This document shows positions 18,066 to 28,446 of a stretch of 64,000 nucleotides of DNA, piece after piece. This DNA comes from Lama glama (Eukaryota): the NCBI GenBank assembly GCA_028534125.1, contig CM052817.1, positions 104,844,001-104,908,000 of the forward strand, read 5' to 3'. Within the stretch, counting starts at the first letter, position 1, and every line of letters starts with the position of its first letter. A program made the position numbers and the translations under genes. The notes below the pieces were generated by a model. That model was given only the letters and a program-made list of their open reading frames with translations. It had not been told where the DNA came from and ran no database searches.

Positions 18066-18794
18066 ATTAGCAGCATATCCATCAGCATATTTTTTTAAAA
18101 ATATATATCACAATTAAGTAGGGTTTATTGCAGGAATTTAAGAGTAATTCAATATTAAGAATTTCATTAATACAATTCATCTTGTTAAGACATCTAAGGA
18201 GAAAAATCATATGATCATCTCCACAGTGTCTGAAAAACACTTCAACAAGATTCAATCCCTATTCCTGATAATCCACTCATTTACAGGAACTGATGGATAA
18301 TTCTTACTGTGATATGCTTCAGTCTCAAAGCTAAACCAATGGGGAAAAACAGAGACACTTCTTTTAAAGTGATGCATAAGGAGGAATATCTACTTTCTCT
18401 ATTACTCTTTGCCATTATATTGGAGGTATTGGTCAGTGCAAAATGAAAAGAAACAACACTAACATGTTTGGGAATTGGAATAGAAGTGAAAGTACCTATA
18501 TTTGTAAATAACATGATGCTATACCTGAAAAACTCAACAAGGTCAATGTTAAAGCTTATACAAACAATAAAAGAATGCAGTAAGGGAGCGAGATATAAAA
18601 TTAACACAAAAAATGCAATTGTTTTCATAGGTATTAATAACAACCAGTTAAAATGCATAATGGAAGCGCAGATTGCATTCACAATAATGACAGAAGGGCA
18701 AAACAGTTAGGAATACACTCAAATAACAGTAGCAAAACCTGCTCAAGGAGTACTTTACAACAGACATGAAAGACAGAAAAGTATATTTTAAAAA

Positions 18795-19200
18795 ATGTGT
18801 ATCTCAAACTCTCAAATGTATCCCTTCCCACCGCCTTTCCCCAGTAACCATAAGACTGTTTTCTATGTCTGGGTCTGTTTCTGTTTTGTAGGTTAGTTCA
18901 TAGTGTCCTTTTTTGTTTTCTTTTTTCATTTAGATTCCGTATCTGAGTTATATTGTATTTTTCTTTCTCTTTCTGGCTTACTTCACTTAGGGAATTTGAG
19001 ATTTACAAATGTTAGCCACTATATATAAAAATAGATTTAAAAAAGTTTCTGCTGTATAGCACAGGGAACTATGTTCAATATTTTGTAATGAAAAAATATG
19101 AAAATGAATATATGTATGTATATGCATGACTGGGACATTGCGCTGTACACCAGAAATTGACACATTGTAACTGACAGTACTTCCAAAAAAAAAGTAAAAA
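18795..19200 (+). mobile_element. Young 5'-inverted L1 3'UTR insertion
   Basis: 18795-18990 is antisense L1 3'UTR; 18991-19200 is sense, ending in poly(A). Confidence 0.8.
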
Positions 19201-21240
19201 TTCTAATGTAGATTAACTTGTTGGTTATATATCTGTAACCAACAAGTTAATTTTTTTCTGGCTTTAGGCAAGTTGATTTTAAAGTTCATATGGGAAATCA
19301 AACATGCAGAAATAGCCAAGACCAGCTATTAAAACATTTGAAAATCTTCTATAATTAAAGCAGTGTTGAATGAACTTAAATAGATTAATAAAGGAGACTA
19401 GAAAATCAAAAGTTGACTTAGATACTCATGGACATTTAGTTTATGATAAAGGAAGTATTTCAAATCTCTCAGGAAAATAGACTTGTAAATAAATGGTGTT
19501 AATATAACCAGTAGCCATTTGGAGAAAAGGTGGAAATTGGATCTATAACTCACACCACACACCAAAATAAACTCTGTAATAACTTAGATACGTCAAATGC
19601 CTTTCAAACTACGACTCAAAATATAAGAGCAATAGAAGAAAAAGTTGATAAATTCAACTATATAAAATAAGAAAAGCATATGTTAGTGACAACAGTTAAA
19701 CAAAGCAAAACAAAATCACAGGCAAAATAAAAAGAAAATAATAAAATGGAAAAGATATTTGTAATTTACAACTTATATCACAGAAAGAGGGCTAATCTCT
19801 AAATATCGAGGATTAAAACTCAAGAAGGAACAGACTATAAACCCAATCAACAAATGGACAAAAACCATGAACAGACAGATCATGGGAAAAGATAAATGTA
19901 TGGTCCTTAAACATATGAAAAGAACTTCAGCTTTTCAATCAGAATAAGAAACATACAAGTTAGTGCCACACTATAGCGATATTTTTTGTTAGAATAATGT
20001 ATGATAGTGTTTTAACTCATATTTAAACAGGATCTGAAATAGCACTTCCCATCATGTAACTTTGGCTAAAACATACAAATCCAAGATCATGGTGGTGGAA
20101 AGGACGGAAGACATTCACATTCTGCAGAGAGAGGCTGGACCCATCTGTGCAAGTAGGGCTCACCTGATTCGCCAAGAGTCTGCCAAAATAGTCCCAACAC
20201 TACTAACCCCCGACTTGAATCTCCAGCTCATATCAGAGAAGGCTGGAGTTTCACTCTGGAGAGTCTTTAAGGGGAACTCATTTGAGCAGAAACACCATGG
20301 TGTTGGTTCCTTCCCATTTCTTTGGAGCGGGACAGGGAAGTGTTCCACCTGTCCCACTTCAGGTTGTGGCAGCAAGAGGACCACCTGGGAGATGAGCGTT
20401 TTCTGTGAGGAGGGGCCTGGCCAGCATCTCCCTCTTTGGGTGGAGTCTGACAAGCAGCAGAGACAAGGTAGCCTGCCCGGTGCAGCTACTCCCGCTGCAA
20501 AGAGGGTTCTTGGCAGAAGGAAACTGATACATTTTCCTGAGGTTGGAAGCCCGGTGTCCGCTCCTCACCTGGTGAGTTCTGAAGGCGGCTGCTGGCTGGA
20601 TGATGGCAGAAGGAACAGAGGGACCCTCCTATGTTTTCACAGATCAGTCCAACATCTAGGAGTTTGTCTGAGTCAAGTGACACGACACAGAATGGCTGGA
20701 ACCAGGTCCTCTTGAAAGAACCTGTTAGAGAAATGCCTGCCCAGAGAGGAATGAGAGAGATTAGAAGAGGTCCAACCCGAAGCACACGTCAGGGTCAGTG
20801 ACAGGGAAGTGGGAGTTTCCCAGGGCAGTATCCGAGTTTCTAGGAAGAGCTGGGCATTGCTCGTCCTTACATCACCAGGAAAGAGGGCCCCATGGCTGGG
20901 ACATCATAGGAAGAGACATGGAACATTTAGTCCTGTGTCACGGCCCTTCTGTCCCCAACCCAGGATGAGTCAGAAGAATCAGAGCTGGCGGAGGAGGAAG
21001 AGGGCGCTCGGCTGGAGCCAAAGAGAGGACCCGCCCCTTTCCCTCCCCACCGCTGAGACGTCGCCCCTGCTGGAGGGGTGGGGAAGTGAGGGAGAAAAGG
21101 AATATTCAAGTATTATTGTGGGTAGAGTTTTATTTTTAATGCTTTAAAAGGAGGATGTTCTCAGAGGTAAAGAGACTGTATATCACCGCAGTTTACAGCA
21201 GTGACTCCCTGGTCAATTGGGAAAAAAATGAATATCTGAC

Positions 21241-21603
21241 TGTATTAGTCTGCTAGTTGCTGTAACAAACTGGGTGGCTTAAGCAACATAAATTTTTTTT
21301 TCAGTTCTGGAGGCTGGAAGTTCACCATCAAGGTGTTGGCAGGTTTGGTTTCCCCCAAGACCACTTTCCCTGACTTGTGGATGGGCGTTCTCAGAGTCCT
21401 CAGTGCTCAATTTCTCTGTGAACATGCATGGCTGGTGTCTCTTCCTCCTCTTATAAGGACCCCAGTCCTACTGCATTAGGGTCCCAGACTTATGAGCTCA
21501 CTTAACCTTAATTGCCTCTTTAAATACCGTATGTCTAGAATCTCACTGAAGTGGAAGATTTTGGCAAATGAATTTTGGTAGACACACAACTCAGTCCATA
21601 ACC
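21241..21603 (-). mobile_element. MLT1B-like MaLR solo LTR
   Basis: TGTATTAGTC..CAGTTCTGGAGGCTGGAAG..CTTATAAGGAC..CAGTCCATAAC; 5-bp target-site duplication CTGAC/CTAAC. Confidence 0.9.
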
Positions 21604-22231
21604 CTAACAAACTGAATTGAAGGCTATGATGGCAGGGAATAAATCTCACTTAAGAAATCATTCATACTGTGTCTTCTCAGGGAATACTTTCAAAAAGGAA
21701 TTACAGTATCTTATTCAACTTTATGTCCCTAACACCTAGCCAAGAGTCTGACGTCTGGTAGACACTCAGTACATTGCTTTGAAACAGAATAGATGAAACT
21801 ACTGAATTTATATAGAAAGCATATATGTGCTTTATGATGCTTGCAAGAAATAGAAAACAATGAAGATTTAACTGCAGCTATTTGAGAAATGCTATTGTTG
21901 TTACAAGGTGAACTAAAAAGAAAATAAACAATGCAGAATCAAAAGCAAAGCTAGGTTGACAATCTAATTACTATAAATTTGCTTTTCAGAAAAAGCCCTA
22001 GGAGGCATGTAATAGTCCAGGCAACATTGCCACCCAGAAATACAATAGAAAGTTTGTAAATAAACAGGCATTGTGATTTCCACGGAAGGTAATTAAACTC
22101 TGGCTGCCTTAGAACAATTTCTTGAATTTACTGCAAGTGAAATATAGTCCCCTGGGGAATCAAAATCCCTACCAGAGGAATATTATATTCATTTTTTTTC
22201 ATTTTTAAGCTTAAGAGGAAAAATAATGAGA

Positions 22232-22536
22232 TTTTCATAGATACAGAGAACAAACTAGTGGTTACTCATGGGGAGGGCAAAGTAGGGGCAGGAGATTAAG
22301 AGGTAAAAACTATTATGCATAAAATAAATTAGATACAAGAATACACTGTACAGCACAGGGGATACAGCACAGGGGATACAGCATAAAATAAATTAGATAC
22401 AAGAATACACTGTACAGCACAGGGGATACAGCATTTATAATAATGCTAAATGAAGTATAATTTACAAAAGTACTGAACTACTGTGTTATCTGTCTGAAAC
22501 TAATATAATATTGTGAATCAACTGTACCTGAAATAA
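22232..22536 (+). mobile_element. L1 3'-end fragment with internal tandem duplication
   Basis: CATAGATACAGAGAACAAACTAGTGGTTAC...CTGAAACTAATATAATATTGT. Confidence 0.8.
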
Positions 22537-25499
22537 TTTTCCGTCAGTTGGCAAAGTCAAATTTTTTTTCAGTAGGAGTTGCTTCATTTATTTTATTTTT
22601 TTATTGTCTAGTTAAGCCACAGATTATATCATATCCCAAGTTCTAGCCTAAAACAGACTCCAATTCTCATATTTGGCTTTCGCTAAGTGATAATCTCACG
22701 CTTTTGCATATAAAATGACTAAGAAAGTGGAGATTATAAGGAGTATTATTAGAAATGTGGAAAATAGACATTGGACATGGAAACCCTATTATTAAGGCCT
22801 CCATGAAACGGTGCACGTGGAGGAAGCATCAGTGGGCAGAGAGAGGTCAAATGGGTTCAGGTACAAGGAAGCCTCAGCCGACCTCAACAGGGTCTTCTGG
22901 ATTGTGTATCGTTGTCATGAGCTGATATCTCACAGTTATCCATGGAGCAAATCCATGCGATGCTCTGTGGGATGTCCAGGTGGTCCACATCTCTCAGGCT
23001 TATATCCTGACAGAGGGAAACTAAGTTAACAGAAGAAAAACTGTAAATGATGAATTTTGCCCATTCCATGTGAGTGCAAAGTGCTTCTGCTCCGTTTTAA
23101 CTGATCTGAGTAGAAAATGACACATGTGCCCAATCAGTGAAGCAGGCCCTGAGGCTGGATTAATCCACCTAGAACAATGCCACACCTGAGATGGTGGCCG
23201 CACTGGCCGCCATTCTGTTGAGTCTGGTGGCCTGCGGTCATCCTTCAGGATCTATCTGGGACTTCTGTAGGGGCCGGACCAGTGACTCAATTGAAGACAT
23301 GATGGGACCACCGTTCCTGAATCCTTTAGCTCCTTAGGGTCCGCACACATTTCCTAGGGAGACAGGATGAGGGGCTGTTCTGTGGTTTGCACTTAGCCTT
23401 CCTCACTAAGTGGCATCGTTGTACATTTAGGGACATGGGAAATAGACACCAAGGAGGTAGACAGACCCCATGGACGTGTCTCTACCCAGAGGACCCGTCT
23501 GACAACCTTATGGCCCCTTCCATCAGATACTGAGCTGGGATAGGTCGTTGAGGTTGGAATCTGCGGGATCTGTGGTCTCTGGATGTTCATTATGACTCAG
23601 AATTTATTTCCAGTGGTGCTATCTTTATTTCTTTTCAAATAAAGACACTATTTATTCAGTTTGATCATTTTTAAAACGATTTTGCCATGGTTAGTTTGGT
23701 TACTCCGAGAGTAGATTTGGATCGGAAAACATCTCTATATCTAGATTTTTTTCAAAATGTTATATGTTGTGGTTTAACCATAAATCATCTATATTTTTAT
23801 TTGTTAGGCAGAAACATGCAAAACTCATTCTCACTACTATGATTTGATTTTTTAATGACTCTGCATTAGTGATGTAACTCGTTAGTGATGCCTGGGAGGT
23901 ACTGTTTAGGTATCTTGGAACATATGGTCCAAGTGAGTGTATTAACATTGCTATGTTGCTTGATATTTTATTAGGGTTTTTTTATAACAAGAAATAAGGT
24001 ACATAACATAGCTCTCCTATGACATAAATAATTTGTGTGATATATATATATATGTGTGTGTATATATATATATATGTATATGTATAGGATTATAGAATAT
24101 AGGGCAGATGTACTCTTAGGATTTAGATATATTTATATCCACACTACTATGTGTATACTCTAGGATTAACCAAACTAACCATGGCAAGATAAATATACAT
24201 ATATGTATTTGTGTGTATATGTATGTGTGTGATATATGTTTAACTTTATGCAACTTATACATGATTTATCCTAAGTTATTAAATCTGTGTCCATTCAAAT
24301 CTCTTTCGCCTCAGAGCCATTTTCTCTCTGGAACTCAAAGGTAGGGACAGGTGAGTTAGATAGCCTCCAGGTCTTTTGTCCTTTGTTTAAAATGCATGCA
24401 ATGGAGATTTTGCAGGAGTGATTCTGGGAGTGTGTTCCCATTTGTTCATGTGTGTGCTTGAGGCTGTGCGTGTGTGTGTATCTGGAGAGAAAACGTAATT
24501 AGAAGGGAAGTCGTGAGAGTTTGGTAGGAACACCTTCTTCATTATGGAAACATTAACATTGACCTAAAATATTTGGACACTTTACTTACTATTTACTAAA
24601 CCCAAGTCTCAGTGAAAGACCTCAACTAACAAAGATCACATAGGGATATGAAAGGTAAAATGGGTCCACCCGACATGCTCCATCTTTTCTAGTCTGGTCA
24701 TGTTAGGGACAGAGGTGACAGCATCAGGTACCAAAGCAGAAGCAGTGAACACTGCATGGAATTACCGGAAAAGAGCAACAGAGGACACATTTCAAGAGCA
24801 GCACAATACAAAGCTAAGAGTGAGCTAACTGAGGCTTGGAAGCGATTGTTAGAAGCATCACAATTAGGATGGCAGCTCTCGCGAGATCCGACGCCCTGAG
24901 CTGACTCAGACAAAGGCGAGCATCCCAGACAGCAGTTGTGTGATCCCTGTGCACAGGGGCCGCTGCTGGTGGCCCAACTGCTGTAAGAAAGGGATTGGAC
25001 TGTGCACTGAGCTTTTCAGAAGAACTCAGATACACGTAAGATGATCATCTGGTTGGTAGAATGAGCAATTCCAGGCTGGAGATACAGATTGAAAGCTTTT
25101 GTCTAGGTCACTGTCATCTTTCACTGACAGTCCTATGATCTGTTTCCCCTTCTGCAAAATGAGGGCAGTGAAGCAAATGAGTGGAAAGTCCTATCTAGTG
25201 GCAACATTCTCTGGCCCTCATCTCCAAAGATAAAGGTGACTGTTTGATGTACACAGAAAACACTAAATTGAGGTATTCAGGATCTTATCTTGGTACTAGT
25301 AGCTGGATAATTTGAAGGAGAAAAAACAGAAAGACCAATTTCCAGGACAGAGATCATTTGGTTTCAGTAAACAGGGCATTCACAGAGGCTCTGGTAAGAG
25401 AGGCACTGGTTTCCAGGATAGGAGATTTCACGCAGTCCATCCTAGGAACTGCAACCCAGTGTTTGCAACTACAAACGTCAGTGTGCAAATTTCTCTCTT

Positions 25500-25930
25500 T
25501 TTCTCTACTGCCGTTTCTCTTTTGGTCATAATGAGCTTCTCTCTGTCCATCTGTTCTATTTCAAAATTTGTCAGCTAGCATTTTGTTGTTGATGAAAGAT
25601 TATGCTCCTGATTTCCTATAAATGTAACTCCATGTGGCTGTGGCTGGCCCCAGTGCCAGTTTTGGCCTCAGCTCCAAATAAATTTAGATCTCCAGTCACC
25701 AGATCTAAGTTTTGTGTCTCATAGTTCACATTTTTGATATGAGAAAAATCCGGTTGGCTGAACAAACAAGTAAATATGTGTGGGTTTCCACTGTTCTATG
25801 TGTTCACCCTTGGTCTAAGCCATCTGTGTCCAGCAGGGCAGGATATTGTGGTCTTGATGTGACCATCATGCATCTAAAAGAAGATGTGGGAGAAGGAAAC
25901 CCCAAAAGAGAATGTGTTCAGGTGAGAATG
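25500..25930 (-). mobile_element. Old MLT1 (K/L-like) fragment
   Basis: TGTGTTCACCCTTGGTCTAAGCCATCTGTGTCCAG motif. Confidence 0.35.
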
Positions 25931-26039
25931 GAATTACGACATGTATGTCTCAGACTGAGGTGTAGTCCTCCCAATGCCACAAATAAAGAAAAGCTAGAAA
26001 TCAGGTAAGAACATGTCAGTTGGGTAAAGCGATGGAACG

Positions 26040-26460
26040 GGTTTAATTCTTCTCCCGTGGCTAAATCACAATTGGTCAGAAAAACCATATAATTCCATGT
26101 GACACAGTTCTGACCAACAAGGTAAACCAGGAAACCTGTTTGAAGGTTTCTGCCAGAGGCTGTTCTTGATGCTAAACAGTGATGCGTGGAGGGAATCCTA
26201 CCACTTTGCCTTGAAGTTGGTCATATGCTTGTGACATCTAAAACAGTGGCAACTAGCTTGGAAATATGAGAAGAGCCAAGTCCCCCAACAAGCTGATGCC
26301 AAGAAAATGGCCGCATGGAAAACTGAGAGGCGATGCTCTCGCGGTAAATGCTCCGGGGACACCTGCCCTGTGCTTCGTGCTGTAGAGATAACGCATCTCC
26401 TTGTTTATAAAAACTCCAAAGCCACTTTCTGTAGCTTGCAGCATAAAGCAAGTCACAGAT
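26040..26460 (+). mobile_element. MLT1J-like LTR
   Basis: CCATGTGACACAGTTCTGACCAA...CTTGCAGCATAAAGCA. Confidence 0.55.
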
Positions 26461-26754
26461 GACTTTACCATGTTTCAAAGAATTAGATTATTAAATGAAT
26501 ACTGCATACACTTTTAATTTTTCTTTTTTATCTTATTGGGCCTTAAGGGCACAAAAGGGAATTTGGTCCTCTTCTACACTATTATGGAAAATACCTGGCT
26601 ATTTTGATTCAGGAGAAACTAAAGCTCACCAAAGTAATTCCTTTCAGCATTGTAAGTATTTTCTTCATATTTTTGGCACTTTTCTACCTAAATTTCAATC
26701 TACAAGGTCTTTAATACTCTTTGGTTGCTATTGCTTTATCTTAGTTTATTTTAG

Positions 26755-27020
26755 TTCTTTAAATTGAGCTATAGTTGATACATAATAGCTTTAGGTGTCA
26801 ATGTAATGATTATATGTAATGATAATACATGTATGTATTGAGAAATGAATACCATAGTAAGTTTTTTTCCGCTGCTTTATTGTTTTTTTCACCGGTTTGG
26901 TGTATTTTCTAGATTCCCCATTTAAGTGTTATACAGTATTTATCTTTCTCTGTCTGACCTTGCAATAAGTTTAACTACCATCCATCACCACACATAGTTG
27001 CATATTTTTTCTTGTGCTAT
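26755..27020 (-). mobile_element. L1 3'UTR fragment (rearranged)
   Basis: TTGAGCTATAGTTGA..; TAGATTCCCCATTTAAGTG..CAGTATTTATCTTTCTCTGTCTGAC. Confidence 0.65.
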
Positions 27021-27385
27021 TGTTTTAGATCCATTATTCATCTTCTTTAAACACCATTCTATCTCTGATAGAATTTCAGAGTTGGAAGTGTTGCAAGATG
27101 TTACTAATTTGAACCATTAAAAGCCCTAGATATGTAGTTGAATTAAAGATCCTAATAAGAGCATATGTTATGGCACTTTAACATTATTGACATGTTTAAA
27201 ATTGATGCATTTTAAAATTTAGCATACATATTTAAGAAATATGTAACTTTTTATGTATGTCAGTAGGGAACGCAAATTAATGGATTAAAATATTTGGTTC
27301 ATAATAATGACTATATAAAGAAAACATTTCATAAGTTAAGAAAAAATTTATATATATACTTTAAACATTTTTATTATTTTTTTAT

Positions 27386-27492
27386 GGGGTAGGTAATTAG
27401 GTATATTTGTTTATTTTTAACAGAGGTACTGGGGATTGAACACAGGACCTCATGCGTGCTAAGCAGGCACTAGACCACCCAGCTGTACCCTC
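27386..27492 (-). mobile_element. Camelid tRNA-derived SINE
   Basis: GAGGTACTGGGGATTGAACACAGGACCTCATGCGTGCTAAGC. Confidence 0.85.
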
Positions 27493-27544
27493 TACTACTT
27501 ATATATTTTTAATTTTGTAAGTTAAAATTATACTTAAAACATTT

Positions 27545-27645
27545 AAAATATGAAAACGAGTATATGTACGTATATGTATGACAGGGACATTGTGCTGTGC
27601 ACCAGTAACTGACACATTGTAACTGGCTGTACTTCAATTTAAAAA
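27545..27645 (+). mobile_element. L1 3' tail
   Basis: Matches 1-74 and 19095-19200. Confidence 0.8.
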
Positions 27646-27669
27646 GTTAATTATTTTTAATTTTATGAA

Positions 27670-28070
27670 TTTATTCATTTACTTAAATGAGAGAAAGAAA
27701 AAGAAAGAGGAAGAGTATTATGTTCCAGGTGCTCTTCTAGGGATAACAGATTCAGTGCTAAATAAGGCAGTTAGAGCCTTGCCTTCATGTACTTCATGTG
27801 CTAAGAGACTGGACAGCCTATAAGCACGTAATAAACGAGGAAGATTATTATTACTTGCAATAAGTGCTGTGAAAACAGTATGTGTGTTGAAAGGTGAGGT
27901 CACTTTACACAGGTGGTCAGAAAAAATATTTTGTATGAAGGTGATATCTGATCTAAGCCCTGCAGTAAAAGAATAAACTAATCTTGTAAAAGGAGGAAGA
28001 GAACATTTATCTAAATGAGGGAAAAGGTTGAGAGTCCAAGAAACAGAAGAAGGCCCGGCCTTGGGAGGAC
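27670..28070 (-). mobile_element. L2 3' fragment
   Basis: TGTTCCAGGTGCTCTTCTAGG..CAATAAGTGCTGTGAAAA..GGTGATATCTGATCTAAG. Confidence 0.65.
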
Positions 28071-28249
28071 AGTTTCTCCAGCCATGCTCTCTGTCCACGG
28101 CAGGTAACAGGGGCCTTTTCTGTTCACTCGTCCCTCCATTCTTTTATCAGCCTGCCCCTCCTACTCCACCTCCTTTCAATAAAATGTATTATGCTGAGCA
28201 TATACTTTGTAGTAGACATCTGACAGAGGTTAAGATGGACATGCTTATT

Positions 28250-28446
28250 TCTAAATTTGGAATCTGGAATTAACACATCAGTATATATAAAATAGATAAA
28301 CAACAAGGACCTACTGTATAGCAAACAAAACTAGATTCAATACCTTGTAATAATCTATAGTGGAAAAGAATCTGAAAAAGAATATATATGTGTGTAACTG
28401 AACCACTTTGCTGTACACTTGAAATTCACATAATATTGTAAAGAAA
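28250..28446 (+). mobile_element. Short L1 3'UTR insertion with target-site duplication
   Basis: ATATAAAATAGATAAACAACAAGGACCTACTGTATAGCA; duplication AAGATGGACATGCTTATT (28232-28249) / AAGGTAGACATACTTATT (28447-28464). Confidence 0.8.

Larger units (their letters stand above)
17200..19985 (+). mobile_element. Ancient L1 (L1ME-like) remnants, interrupted
   Basis: ORF 18468-18710 (IFVNNMMLYLKN..CSKGARYKINTK) is a degenerate FADDMIVYLEN..FSKVAGYKIN reverse-transcriptase motif. Confidence 0.75.

Noticed and set aside
20062..20715. 217-aa ORF as a gene or processed pseudogene
   Set aside because: Starts at TTG, has no recognisable domain, and has no clear poly(A) tail or target-site duplication.
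22317..22433. CRISPR-like repeat array
   Set aside because: Eukaryotic DNA with two adjacent copies and no spacers; a simple tandem duplication.
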